NCBI RefSeq assembly: GCF_004010195.1
Contig: NC_057717.1
Span: forward strand, 106,881,945 to 106,945,944
Length of the DNA: 64,000 bases
Direction of reading: 5' to 3'
From: Chiloscyllium plagiosum
Lineage: Eukaryota
Shown here: piece after piece, positions 1-13,236 of the stretch
Numbering within the stretch: the stretch's first letter is position 1
How the letters are laid out: each line of letters starts with the position of its first letter
Notes under the pieces: generated by a model
Told to the model about the DNA's origin: nothing
Seen by the model: the letters and a program-made list of their open reading frames with translations, nothing else
Databases searched by the model: none
Position numbers and translations under genes: made by a program

Positions 1-220
1 GAGAGTGAGAGACTTAGAGAGTGAGAGAGAGAGAGTGAGAGAGTGAGAGAGAGTGAGAGAGAGAGAGTGAGAGAGTGAGAGACACACACACACACACACA
101 CAGACACATACACAGAGAGAGAGAGACAGAGAGAGAGAGAGACATAGAGAGAGAAGGCAAGAGAGAGAGACAGACAGACAGACAAACACAGAGAAAGATA
201 CAGAGAGTAAGAGAGAGAGA
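1..220. repeat. (GA)n/(CA)n microsatellite complex
   Basis: Seen directly. Confidence 0.95.
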
Positions 221-454
221 TCTTTTGACCTGGAAGCAGTTACAGAGTTGAGGGGTGCATTGATGTGAATGGAGGTCATACAAGCATTTGCAAACCTGTG
301 ACAGTTTTTATATCACAGCTTTCCTCAGGAAAGTGTGCTCAGGTACGGGTGGTATTTTGACCAGGAGAGGGGAAGAACGTTGTTACTGTGATGAAACTCT
401 GTGGGACAGGGTTAGTATCGTGACAGTGATTAAACTCTGTCTGGATGGAGGTAC

Positions 455-603
455 CTGAAGCTTTTGGAGAATGTGATTTGTTCGTCGATCAACCACGACT
501 AATGTCCGATCCTCACTGCCTGAAAGGACAAAGTGGTCATTGGCAGCGAGACACAGCACAGCGCTGGAGTGGAGCTTCCAACTGGACAACATTGGGTAAC
601 CAG
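455..603 (-). CDS. FBXW9: FBXW9 coding exon 6
   Basis: [50 protein letters not shown], 149 bp. Confidence 0.9.
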
Positions 604-3600
604 CTGCAAAACACAGGAACAAAGAACATTACAGCACAGGAACAAGCCCTTTGGCCCTCCAAACCTGCACTGATCCATATCCTTTATCTAAACCTGTTGT
701 CTATTTTCTAAGGGTCTGTATCCCTCTGCCCCCTGCCCATTCATGTATCTGCCTCGATGCATCTTAAATGACACTATCGTTCCTGCCTCTACCACCTCCA
801 TTGGTAAAGCATTCCAGGCACCCACCACCCTCTGCGTAAAGTACTTTCCACACATATCTCCCCTAAATGTTATCCCCTCTCACTTTGAACTCCTGACCCC
901 GAGTAATTGAGTCCCCCACTCTGGGAAAAAGCTTCTTGCTATCCACCCTGTCTATACCTCTCATGATTCCATCGACCTCAATCAGGTCTCCCCTCAACCT
1001 CCGTCTTTCTAATGAAAATAAACTTAATCTACTCAACCTCTCTTCATCGCTAGCACCTTCCATACCAGGCAACATCCTGGTGAACCACCTCTGCACCCTC
1101 TCCAAAGCATCCACACCCTTTTGGTAATGTGGCGACCAGAACTGTATGCTGTATTCCAAATGTGGCCAAACCAAAGTCCTGTACACCTGTAACATGACCT
1201 GCCAACTCTTGTACTCAATACCCCATCCGATGACGGAAAGCATGCCATATGCTTTCTTGACCACTCCACTGACCTGCGTCACCACCTTCAGGGGACAACG
1301 GACCTGAACACCCAGATCTCTCTGCACATCAACTTTCCCCAGGACTTTTCCATTTACTGCATAGTTTGCTCTCGAATTGCATCACATTTGCCCGAATTGA
1401 ACTCCATTTGCCATTTCTCCGCCCAACTCTCCAATCTATCCATATTCTGCTGCATTCTCTGACAGTCCCCTTCACTATCTGCTACTCCACCAATCTTAGT
1501 GTCATCTGCAGACTTGCTAATCAGACCAACTATACCTTCCTCCAGATCATTTATGTATATCACAAACGACAGTTTGATCCCAGCACAGATCCCTGTTGGA
1601 CACCACTGGTCACAGGTCTCCATTTTGAGAAACACCCTTCCACTACTACTCTCTGTCTCTTGTTGCCCAGTCAATTCTCTATCCATCTAGCTAGTACACC
1701 CTGGACCCCATATGACCTCACTTTCTCCATCAGCCTACCATAGGGAACCTTTTCACATGCCTTACTAAAGTCCACATATATGACATCTACATCCCTTCCT
1801 TCAACCAACGTTGTCACTTCCTCAAAGAATTCTATTAAGTTGGTAAGACATGACCTTCCCCACATAAACCCATGTTACTTATCACTGATAAGCCCATTTT
1901 CTTCCAAATGAGTATACATCCTATCCCTCAGTATCCTCTCCAGTAGCTTCCCCACCACTGACGTCAGGCTTACTGGTCTATAATTACCTAAATTATTCCT
2001 GTTACCCTTCTCAAACAAGGGGACAACATTAGCAATTCTCCAGTCCTCTGGGACCTCACTTGTGTTCAAGGAAGCTGCAAAGATATCTGTTAAGGCCCCA
2101 GCTATTTCCTCTCTCACTTCCTTCAATAACCTGGGATAAATCCCATCCAGACCTGGGGACTTGTCCACCTTAATGCCTTTTAGAATACCCAACACTTCCT
2201 CCCTCCTTATGCTGACTTGACCTACAGTAATCAAACATCTATCCCTCACCTCAACATCCATCATGTCCCTCTCCTTGGTGAATACCGATGCAAAGTACTT
2301 GTTAAGAATCTCACCCATTTTCTATGACTCCAGGCATATTTTTCCTCTTTTGTCCTTGAGTGGGCCAACCCTTTCTCTAGTTACCCTCTTGCTCCTTATA
2401 TATGAATAAAAGGCTTTGGGGTTTTCCTTAACCCTGTTTGCTAAAGATATCTCATGCCTCTTTTTAGCCCTCTTAATTTCTCATTTCAGATTGTTCCTAC
2501 ATTCCTGATATTCTCCCAAAGCTTCACCTTCAGTCACCGAGACCTTCTGTATACTCCCTTCTTCCTCTTAGCTAGTCTCTCAATTTCACCTGCCATCCAT
2601 GGTTCCATAATCTTGCCATTTCTATCCTTCATTCTCACAGGGCCATGTCTCTCCTGCACTCTAAGCAACCTCTCTTTAAAAGCTTATCAAATCTGGACTT
2701 ACCGTCAAACTGTTGCTCCCAATCCACATTCCCCAGCTCCTGCCAAATTTTGCTATAGTTGGCCTTCCCCAAATTTAGCACACTTTCTTTAGGACCACCC
2801 TCGCCTTTGTCAATGAGTATTCTAAAACTTATGCAAGTGTGATCACTATTACCAAAATAATCCCCTACTGAAACTTCAACCACCAGGCCAGGCTCATTCC
2901 CCAATCCCAGGTCCAGGGTGGCCCCTTCCCCTGAACTATTCCCATACTGCTCTAGAAAACCCTCCTGCTGCTCCTCACAAATTCTGCTCCATCCGGAACT
3001 CTAACACAAAGTGAATCCCAGTCAATGTTGGGAAAATTAAAATCTCCCATCACCACCACCCTGCTGCTCTGACATCTTTCCATATTTATACCTCTATCTC
3101 ACGCTCGCTGCTGGGACGCCTGTAGTACAGCCCCAACATTATTACCACATTCGATTTCTAAGCTCTGCCCAAATTGCCTCACTGCACGAGTCCTCCACAG
3201 CTGTGATATCCTCTCTGACCAGTCCTCCACCTCTTTTACGTCGCTCTCTATCCTGTCTGAAGCATCGATATCCTGGGATATTTAGTTGCCAATCATGCCC
3301 TTCCCTCAACCAAGTCTCAGTAATAGCAATAATATCATACTCACAGGTACTAATCCAAGCCCCAAATCCATCTGCCTTACCTGCTACACTTCTTGCATTA
3401 AAACAAATGCACCTCAGACCACCTGTCCCTTTGCGTTCATCATCATTGTTAAGAAAGCATATGGTGTTTTGGTTTTCATTAACAGGGGGATTCAGTTTAA
3501 GAGCCGCGAGGTTTTGCTATAGCTCTACAAGTCCCTGGTGAGACCACACTTGGAATATTGCATCTAGTTCTGGTCACTCTACTATAGGAAAGATACAGAG

Positions 3601-6600
3601 GTTTTGGAGAGGGTGCAAAGAAGGTTTCCCAGGATGCTGCCTGGACTGGAGGGTTTGCCGTATGAAGAAAGGTTGAATAAGTTCGGACTTTTCTCTCTGG
3701 AGAGGAGGAGGAAGAGAGGAGGAGGAAGAGAGGAGACCTTATTGAGGTGTACAAGATAATGAGAGGAATAGATAGAGTCAATAGCCAGAGATCTTTCCCC
3801 AGGGCAGGATGATTGGTACGAGGAGTCATAGTTTTAAGATATTAGGAGGAAGGTATAGAGGAGAGTTGTGAATGCATGCAATGTGTTGCCAGCGGTGGTG
3901 GTGGAAGCAGAGTCATTAGGGACATTTAAGCGACTGCTGGACATGCACATGGACAGCAGTGAATTGAGGGGTGTGTAGGTTAAGTGATTATATTCTACAT
4001 TAGGATTAAACCTCAGCACAACATCGTGGGCCTAAGGGCCTGTTCTGTGTTGTACTTTACTATGTTCTAGGTTATACCTGCTCCCAGCCTCCTCTTCCCC
4101 TTAGTCACACAGACTTCATTATCTAGTTCCTTACAGGCTTTAGTTAGTACCTCCTCCCTGTCCACTAACCACCTCATTTGGTTCCCATCCCCCTGCTACA
4201 TTAGTTTAAACCCTTCCCAATTACAATAGCAAAAACATCCCCAAGGACATTGATTCCAGTCCAGCCCAGGTGTAGACCATCCAATCTGTAATAGTCCCAC
4301 CTCCCCCAGAACCTGTCCCAATGTCCCAAAACTCTGAACCCCTCCCTCCTGCACCATCTCTCAGGAGGTAAACAGTCAAGAGGTGGAATTAAACAACACA
4401 GGAACCAACCTCAATCCACACTGTTCACAATGAATATGAGACTCCCTCTCTCTCGCTCTGAGGCAGAGCCAAGGAGGGAAAGTCACTGCACAGAGTCTGT
4501 GGGAGATGAAAAGGTCAAAGCTCTATCAGTGGGAATGGAACAGCAAGAGAAAGTGATTGGACTCAACATCATTCCCTCCCCCGAGGTACAGCTCCCCCCT
4601 CTCCTGGTGGATGTGACTCTCCCCAGGGTAAAGCTCCCCCCTCTCCTGGTGGATCTGACTCTCCCCAGGGTATAGCTCCCTCTCTCCTGATCCCTGTTCT
4701 ATGATGATCAGGCCCCCACTGTTCACACTTGGCCTGAATCTGAAGATCCCCATATCAAACAGAACGTGCTCGAGTCGGTGGTCTCACCTCGTGGGTCATA
4801 CAAGGTGACAGTCTTGTCATATGTTCCAGTAACCAGTACATCAGGCCGGTAAACCAGACAAAGCACAGCTGCCTTCCCCCTGTGGGAATAAAACTTCAGT
4901 CAATCACTGTACTGCTCCCGCTGTAACTGGGCAGCACTGTCCACCTCCTCCCCACGTACCAAGGACACCCCCCCACTCTCCTCCTCCCCCACCCCATATT
5001 GAGAGCAGCCCAGACTCAGTCACCCCTCTGCCCCCTCCCTGCAGATCCACAGTGTCAGACTGGAGGGCACCACAACTGGCATTTCCAATGCAGCCTCCGT
5101 AGAGGCACCGTGCAGCAAAGGGAGGGGGCCCTCAGGACGGTGGGGTTTCTCAGACCCCCATTCCACAGGTGCTGAGGGCACACAATAACCACCCCTGAGA
5201 GTCGGCAAAGATATCTGACATTTGGAAAGGATAAGCAGAAAAGGAACAGGAGGTGGGGCAGCTCAGATAGACAAAAATGAAACCAGAACAGCAACAAGAA
5301 ATAATTTTGGTTTGGAGAATTGAAATGTCGAATCAATTGGGTGGAGATGGGAAATATCAGAGGAAGTAGACACTAGTCAGAAGCAGCTTGTAGCCCCAAC
5401 TCCCCAACAGTGGCTCCACTCCACAACAGTTCAAACAGGAGACGCGCTCAGAATACATTCGGGAGTTTCTTAGAATAACACATTTGGGAACCAACCCAAG
5501 AATGGGATCATTTTTGTACTCAACAATTTGTAATGCTGCAAGATTAATTAACAATTTCGTAGGAAGAGTGATCATAACTTAATAAATTACACATTTACTT
5601 TCTGGGTGAGAAATCTGAGTCTAAAACGAGTGCTTTAAACTTAATTAAAAACTTTGTAAAGGTGTGAAGTTGGAGTTTGTTAAAGTGGACTGGGGAAATA
5701 GGTTACAGGTTAAGACAGTAGAGAAGCAGTGACAGACACTGAAGGAGATATGTCATAGCTCAACAAAAACATATTCTATTCAGAAGGAAAACCTCAATGA
5801 GGAGTGTGAACCATCCATGGTTGACTAAGGAAGCTGGCATCATGTCAGGCTTACAGAATACAGATACATGATGCAGAAATGAGTGTTTGGCAGAGGATTG
5901 GTAAAATTTTATAAAACAGCAAAGGATGGGTAAAAGAATAATAAAGAGGGAGAAATTGGAATATGAGAAATAATAAGCAGTATATAAAGAGACAGTAAAA
6001 CATTCTCCAGTACTCAAACGGTATTGGTTTATTTTGGCTTTCCCAACACATTAAGTAACTTTGAAAGGTTACTGAGAGAGATAAGGGCTCGTGGTGTCAG
6101 TGGTGGTTTATTAACATGGTTGAGAATTGATAAACTGACAGGAAACCAAGGGCTCGGTTAAAGGAATAACTGGTAAACTGTAACCAGGGGAGTGCTGCTG
6201 TGCCTTAACTATACACAATCTGTATTAATGACCTGCAGGTAAGGTCATAGAACACGGTCACTGTTGGTTAGTGATTCAAGTCAGACAGGAAAGCAAGTTG
6301 TGAGGCAGAACCAAAGTCTGTAAAGAGACACGGCCCGGTTGAGTGAGTGACAGGAGGTGTGTAACATGAGAATTTAGGAGGTTGTCCACTTTGGCAGGAA
6401 GAAGAGAAAAGCAGTATATTATTTAACTGGAGAGGGGTTGCAGAACTCTGAGCTACGGGGGAGCTGGGAGCCTGGGACAACAAGTCATTAAGACGGCACA
6501 TCGAAGTTTGGCCTTTATCACAGAAAGGATGGAAATGTAAAAGGCACATGACAGCAGCTTTAGGCCTTTTGAGCCCACCCCATCAGACAACTGATGGGCC

Positions 6601-9600
6601 GAATAGCCTACTCCTTCTCTGACCTGAACTCAGGGAACAACCTGCTCACCAACTGAGCGGGCCCAGTTTACTTCCAGCTGCCTTTGCAGGGCGACAAGAA
6701 TCATCACAAGAACACCTTCAGTTCGCGGGAGCAAATTACTGCAGCTGCTGGAATCTGTACCGACATCACAGCGTAGCATCCATGGAGAGACAGCAAGCTA
6801 ACATTTCACAGCTCTGACAAACAGTCATCTAGACTCGAAACAGGAGCTTGCTCGCTCTCCACACTTTCTGCCTGACCGGCTGTGATCTCCAGTATTTGTT
6901 GTTTTCATCACTTTCAGTTCTCCCTACTGGGTTGTGACAGAGGGGTCAGGGATGGAGACACGGTCAGCTTCCTGGTCAGACTGTGTTGATGCAGCAACTG
7001 TAAACCTGACTGACAGCACAGCTTCAGCCTCTCCCCCTTCAATGGAGGATGCTGGAGCGGTGCCCAGTGGGATCCTCAGCTGCCCTCGGGGAACAGCACG
7101 AAGGACAAGTCCCGTCAGGGCCATACAGCATCACCAGAGGGTGTCTGGGTCAATCCTCACACAATCCGCACCCCACCCCCTCCTGAAACTCATCACTGGG
7201 GCAAATGACTGAGGCACAGACGTTACCTGATCTCTCGCACTCCTGCCCCCTCTGAAGCCATGTCCCAGAGCTTGACGCTACTGTCCCAGGATCCAGAGCA
7301 GAGTATGTGGTCCTGTGCTGCAAGAGCCCAAACCCAACCCTGTAACAAGAGCAGAGGATCACACTGGTCAAGAACAGGCAGAGAACTTCACAACAGAATC
7401 TAGAACACACCTTTCCAGAGCATCCTTCATGACCTCCAAATGTCCCAAAGTGCTCAACAGCAGAAAGTGGTGCCCTGAAGTGTAGTCAAGGTTTGCACAG
7501 CAAGATCCCATTAACCAGAAGACATGCTTGGGAAATAGTTATGGGGCAGGACCGAGATGTCCCAATCGAGGTGACAGACATCACCTGTCTAATGCCTAGC
7601 AGCAACAGCAGCTTTTCTCTCACTAGCTGCAGGCCTGCTGTTCAGACGATGAACTAGCCCTGTGCCACCACCACCCTCAGCAGCTCACCCCGACACTGCT
7701 CTCCTCACCCTGTGTGTCCCCCGTGGTTGGTCTCCGAGAGTTTTCACCAGCACCTTTTCCCCATCCTGTCCTAAACGTCGCAGGTCCCAGATATTCACAT
7801 TCCGATCCCTGGATCCAGAAACACACAGCGAAGCATTCTGTACGACAGGAAGTAACAAAACGGTTACAATCTCAGCCATCAGCAGTTAGTCTGCCCCGGG
7901 ACGGCAAGGATTGGTACAGGCACCTTTATCATTTGTCATATACATAAATATTAAGTAGGTTTGGTAGAGTGGTTAATAGTGAAGAAGATGGTTGTAGGTT
8001 ACAGGAAGATACAGATGGGTTGGTCAGATGGACAGACCAATGACAGATAATATTTAACCTGATAACTACGAGGTGATACGCTTTGGAAGAAGAAACAAGA
8101 TGAGGGAGTATTTGATGAATAAGGACACTGGGTAACTTAGAGGAGCAGAGGGATCTCAGGGTAATTATTCATAGATCCCTGAAGTCAGCAGAGCACATGA
8201 ACAGGAGGGTTAAGGCGGCATATGGGACACTTGCTTTCATTTAGTCGTGGCGGAGAGTACTAAGAACAAGGATGTAATGCTGGAGTTGTACAGAGTGTTG
8301 GTCAGGCCACAGCTCAGTTAGTGTGTGTGTTTCTGGTCACCTCACTATAGGAAGGATGTGCTAGCATTAGAAGGGCTACAGGCAGACAGACAGGCAACCG
8401 GGGGGGGGGCACAGGGACAGGGACAGACAGCAGCCCGGGAGGCACAGGGACAGACAGACAGCCAGCCCGGGAGGCACAGGGACAGACGGACAGACAGCAG
8501 CCCGGGAGGCACAGGGACAGACAGACAGACAGCCCGGGAGGCACAGGGACAGACAGACAGACAGCAGCCCGGGAGGCACAGGGACAAACAGACAGACCGA
8601 TGCCGAGGCAAAGGGACAGACAGACCGGGAGGCAAAGGGACAGACAGACAGACAGCCCGGGAGGCACAGGGACAGACAGACAGCCCGGGAGACACAGGGA
8701 CAGACAGACAGACAGCAGCCCGGGAGGCACAGGGACAGACAGACAGACAGCCCGGGAGGCACAGGGACAGACAGACAGATAGCCCGGGAGGCACAGGGAC
8801 AGACAGACAGACAGCCCAGGAGGCACAGGGACAGACAGACAGACAGCAGCCCGGGAGACACAGGGACAGACAGACAAACCGCTCGAGAGGCACATGGACA
8901 GACAGACAGACAGCCCGGGAGGCACAGGGACAGACAGACAGACAGCAGCCCGGGAGGCACAGGAACAGACAGACAGACAGCCCGGGAGGCACAGGGACAG
9001 ACAGACAGACAGCCCGGGAGGCACAGGGACAGACAGGCAGCAGCCCGGGAGGCACAGGGACAGACAGACAGACCGCTGGCGAGGCACAGGGACAGACAGA
9101 CAGACAGACCGGGAGGCACAGGGACAGACAGACAGACAGCCCGGGAGGCACAGGGACAGACAGACAGCCCGGGAGACACAGGGACAGACAGACAGACAGA
9201 CAGACAGCAGCCCGGGAGGCACAGGGACAGACAGACAGGCAGGCACAGGGACAGACAGACAGGGAGGCACAGGGACAGGCAGACAGACAGCAGCCCGGGA
9301 GGCACAGGGACAGACAGCCAGCCCGGGAGGCACAGGGACAGATAGATAGACAGCCAGCCCGGGAGGCACAGGGACAGACAGCCAGCCCAGGAGGCACAGG
9401 GACCGACAGACAGACGGACCGACCGTGAGGCACGGGGGCAGACAGACAGACGGACTGACTGGGAGGCACGCGGGCAGACAGACAGACAGACCGAACGGGA
9501 GGCACGGGGGCAGACAGACAGACAGACCATGAGTCACGGGGCAGACAGACAGATGGGGAGGCACAGGGCGGGCAGACTGACACAAAGACCCTGCCCTGTG

Positions 9601-10433
9601 GACCCTGCAGTACTAATACAGTAGATTTGTCGGGATCACTTGCTACCAATTTACCTGAATCAACAAGACGGTGTCGACTGAGGCAAAATGTCCATCATTC
9701 AATGAGAAATGTTGAACCTTTGGATTACTAGTGGACCAAAGAGACAGATGCTCCTCAAGCTCAATACAAGCTGATGGCCAATCAAATTCCTTTCCTTTTA
9801 AAACAGAAACAGAATTAGAAAGAGACAGGTCTGACCAGAATCCAAACCACAGATCCAGCCTAAAACTCAACCACCCATTCACCCACTCTCTAACCGCAAC
9901 ACACATCTTGCCCTCATCCCCACCCAATCCCCCACAACAGTCGTGTCTCAGACAGGGACAGACCCAGACAGACAGAGACACAAACCTTCCAATACTGGGT
10001 AGCTCATCCCCAAGATCTTCTGGGCCCGGATTCTCCAAGTCACCTCATCAGTCAGGACGTACTGGAACGCTCGACAAACCAACGGCAACACTCCGAGCAC
10101 AAACCTGGCATCCAGGTAGGAGCAGATCTCCAGCACCAGCTCCCAGGGGAGGGACAACAGACCTGACTGATCAGTGTCCCCAGCCAGCACCTGGCTGGAA
10201 CGCAGTTTCACGTTCAAGTCTGATGCACTTGATTTGCTGATGCGAGTCTGGGTCTCGCTGCTTGGCTCTGGGGGACAGCTTTGGGGTCTGGGGCCAGACA
10301 TTTCAGGGTTCCACACCCGGTCCACATACTCCTGGGCCTGGAGTTCCAGCTCATCCTCCTGTTCTAGGTCAGACTCACCCTCCAGGGTATGATGGGGCTG
10401 GGTGCTCAGTCTATCATGAGACTCACTCGTCAT
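455..10433 (-). CDS. FBXW9: F-box/WD40 protein FBXW9, 5' part (3' exons lie beyond the left edge)
   Basis: Exons 10433-9986, 9794-9655, 7837-7709, 7339-7227, 4879-4788, 603-455 splice in frame. F-box [19 protein letters not shown]40 repeats [48 protein letters not shown]. Immediately downstream of TNPO2. Confidence 0.92.
617..4365 (-). mobile_element. CR1-type LINE (endonuclease plus RT, frameshifted), interrupted by a second CR1
   Basis: ORF fragments [52 protein letters not shown]. Confidence 0.9.
3446..4070 (+). mobile_element. CR1 LINE 3' fragment nested in the minus-strand CR1
   Basis: KKAYGVL..., cacttggaatattg, CR1-type 3' tail. Confidence 0.85.
4576..4690. repeat. Tandem repeat of 39 bp, about 3 copies
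   Basis: Repeated ctccccagggtanagctccccnctctcctggtggatntgact. Confidence 0.8.
4788..4879 (-). CDS. FBXW9: FBXW9 coding exon 5
   Basis: [30 protein letters not shown], 92 bp. Confidence 0.9.
5630..6620 (+). mobile_element. Degraded CR1-like LINE fragments
   Basis: Residual CR1-like segments (ccatggttgactaagga, gatgggccgaatagcct). Confidence 0.55.
7227..7339 (-). CDS. FBXW9: FBXW9 coding exon 4
   Basis: [37 protein letters not shown], 113 bp. Confidence 0.9.
7709..7837 (-). CDS. FBXW9: FBXW9 coding exon 3
   Basis: [19 protein letters not shown]...GTHR, 129 bp. Confidence 0.9.
7950..8378 (+). mobile_element. CR1 LINE RT fragment
   Basis: [15 protein letters not shown]; ggtcaggccacagct. Confidence 0.75.
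8379..9585. repeat. Minisatellite, unit about 28-40 bp [gcccgggaggcacagg(gaca)n]
   Basis: About 35 visible tandem units; gives long low-complexity ORFs. Confidence 0.95.
9655..9794 (-). CDS. FBXW9: FBXW9 coding exon 2
   Basis: [16 protein letters not shown]...[13 protein letters not shown], 140 bp. Confidence 0.9.
9986..10433 (-). CDS. FBXW9: FBXW9 first coding exon (acidic N-terminus plus F-box)
   Basis: ATG at 10433; exon acceptor at 10469; donor GAAG|GTTTGT. Confidence 0.88.
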
Positions 10434-11545
10434 AATTTCTTCACTGCTCCAGTCTCAGTGGAACACAAGCTACAAAAACAAACCGAACATTAATTCACTC
10501 GGTGAATCCTGGAAAGAAGCCACAGGTTAAAGTAACTCAGGCTGTAGAAAGAATCTTTCCGCTTTCTGGGGAATCTGCAAATAGGGAACACAGTGTCAAA
10601 ATAATTTAACAGGAACTCAGCAACAAGGAATTCCTTTTCTCAGAGGATGGATAGTCTTTGGAAATTTCAACCAACACGCAGCCGAGCCTTTTCCATTCAA
10701 CTGGAATGGAAACAGGTTTATGATTGTCAAAGAAGTCAATGGTTATGAGGGAGTAGGCGGGAGAATGGAGCGGAGGCCAGTGATGACCATATTGATTGAT
10801 GGAGCAGGCATGGGGGGTTTAATTGGTTCTTCCTGACTCCTCAGTGTGCGGTGTTATGGGAAATTGTTGAAACACTTGTTCACAAGTCATGTCATGGCAC
10901 ACTACATTTCATCAGCTTGACAAATCACAGCATGACAGCTTATCCTGGACGCTGAGAATTACCTGTCCTGCACAAAGTGAGGATATTTTCTAAGATCCAG
11001 ACTCAGGTACCTAGATTAAAAGCATTTTACCCACATTTTAAAAAGCAAATAGATATTTTGCTGCTTCATTGCATGCAAGATTGTGTGCGAATCAATGCAC
11101 AAAACATATTTAATGGAACATCCTACAAACCCATTGATGGGAGGAGAACGGGCAAGTCTTCACTTTTTAGACATCAGTTTCTTCTCTGCTCTCAGGGGAG
11201 AGATGTTTGATATTACGAATAAGTAAAGGTAGAATTAATTCAGAGTATGTGAATGGGTGGCTCAGCAACACACATTTAAACTAAATGATAAAATAATGAG
11301 AAACAACATGGAGAAAATAACAATCGACATAGTAGTGGGTTGTGATCCTGAACACACTGCCTAAAGGGGCTGTGAAAGCAGACACCATCAGAACTTTCAA
11401 AAAGGAACCAGATAAATGCAGAAAGGGAAAAATTTGTACGGCCTGGGGAAGAGAAACTGGACTCATTTCAGAATCAAAACAGGACAGTGACCTCTCCATG
11501 TCAGAAGCTACTTGCAGAGAAACTCAGTCCAATATAAATTAATTA

Positions 11546-11856
11546 GGGTGGCACAGTGGTTAGCACTGCTGCCTCGCAGCGCCAGAGACCCGGGTTCAAT
11601 TCCCGCCTCAGGTGACTGACTGTGTGGAGTTTGCTCATTCTCCCCGTGTCTGCGTGGGTTTCCTCCGGGTGCTCCAGTTTCCTCCCACAGTCCAAAGATG
11701 TGCAGATCAGGTGAATTGGCCATGCTAAATTGCCCTTAGTGTTAGGTGAAGGAGTAAATGTAGGGGTATGGGGTGGGTTGCGCTTCAGCGGGTCGGTGTG
11801 AACTTGTTGGGCCGAAGGGCCTGTTTCCACACTGTAATCTAATCTAATCTAATCTA
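11546..11856 (+). mobile_element. tRNA-derived SINE (HE1-like) with (aatct)n tail
   Basis: A box cagtggttagca, B box gggttcaattccc, CR1-like 3' end ttgggccgaagggcctgttt. Confidence 0.88.
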
Positions 11857-12109
11857 ACCCTCTCCAGTGACTGTCAGATCCCTACATCAGGAACACACTG
11901 CACCCCCTCCCATACCCCGACACTCAAGAATCTCCCCCCGCTCTTGGGAATCCCCACCGCCTCCTCCCCACTGCCCCTGCCCCTGGGAATCCCCTCTCCC
12001 CCCCCCCCAGGAACATTCCTCTGAGGACATCACTTTCCTGAAGCCATCCCCCGATCCCGATCCCGATCCCGATCCCGATCCCACACCTACTCTCTCTCCT
12101 TCCCCACCC

Positions 12110-12640
12110 TCAGGTTGCGGCCTGTGCTGTTAGGCCGGGCCTGCCGTGCGGCTGAGGCCGGGGATTTTCCGCTACCTCAGCTTCCGCATCCCCTCCGCCT
12201 ACCGGCGGCGCAGTCAATATACGTCACTGATCCAGGTCACATGACAACAGGAGCGCAAGATTATGACGTCATATCAGTGACGCCATGGCGGAGCGCCGCA
12301 GCACTTGATTGGAGGATCGACACACTGGGCGTGGCGTCACGGCACGTCACTCGCCTGCTGACTGGAGTACAGGCATTCAGCGGGTGGATCGCCAGACCCA
12401 CTGCGTGATTGGCGGAGCGGCCCTCACTGGGCGGGGCACTAGACCTCCCGCCGGACTGGTGCAGAGGACCGCAGTAGGCGTGGCACCAGACCACCCGCCT
12501 GATTGGCGGAGCGGCCCTCACTGGGCGGGGCCGAGTTGAGGATTTGCGGCTGTAGGGCCGTCAGTGCGCGGTTTGGGATTGCAGGGCGGGACACGGGGTG
12601 AGCTGCAGTCCCGGTCAGCACCGTCGCTGTACTGTCGTGT
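12110..12640. promoter_or_regulatory. CpG island / FBXW9 promoter
   Basis: CpG-rich; CRE palindrome TGACGTCA at 12264-12271; GTCACATGAC at 12236-12245; three GATTGG (CCAAT) sites; GGGCGG boxes. Confidence 0.8.
12176..12240 (-). other. FBXW9: Probable non-coding first exon of FBXW9
   Basis: Donor GAG|GTAGCG at 12176/12175 within the CpG island; TSS is approximate. Confidence 0.5.
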
Positions 12641-13236
12641 ATCAAAGCCTATGCTCCCTCACGTCCCCAGTAACAACTCAGGCCAAAGGAGCTGAGGCCC
12701 AGGCCTTTCCATTGTAGCCAGTGACGCTGTGAACTAGCCCCTATGCCAGTGTATAGGTCATGGAAAAAATACACTCAGCCCCTTGCAGCTTGATCTAAAC
12801 TGTGAACTTTATAATAATACTTAGCACTTTATGTGAAAGCCTCTACTATTTAAACACGGGTTGTTGGTTGTCTACCTTTGCACTATTGCTAACTTTATAA
12901 AGCAAACCTCACGTCATGCAGCATTGAGGAACAACCACTCTCTCCAGTCACAGCAGCTGATCATTTAAGGTGCCAGCTCTTGGTTTACTTTGCTAATCTT
13001 ATTGGAAATGCTATGTCACACATCCTAAAACATAGCAAAATCACAGACACGGCCAGCTGTGGTCTATACCCTGCAACACACAAGGTGCCTGAACTCAGTT
13101 ACATTGTGAGACAAAAGAACGGCAGATATTGGAAACCAAGCAGCATCACGCGATATATCCCTTCTTCAGATCTCGGGGGGTGGGTATAAGGCGAGCTGCA
13201 GATAAAGGGAGTGGGGCAGGGTGGCGAGATTCAGAT

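Noticed and set aside
8379..9585. Repeat array resembling CRISPR
   Set aside because: Vertebrate DNA; the variable parts are GACA microsatellite rather than unique spacers, and there are no cas genes.
8314..9649. Long ORFs of 367-434 aa on both strands
   Set aside because: By-products of a stop-free minisatellite inside an FBXW9 intron; low complexity and no splice or domain evidence.
11546..11610. tRNA-like A and B boxes
   Set aside because: Head of a SINE present at least six times in the window; not a tRNA gene.
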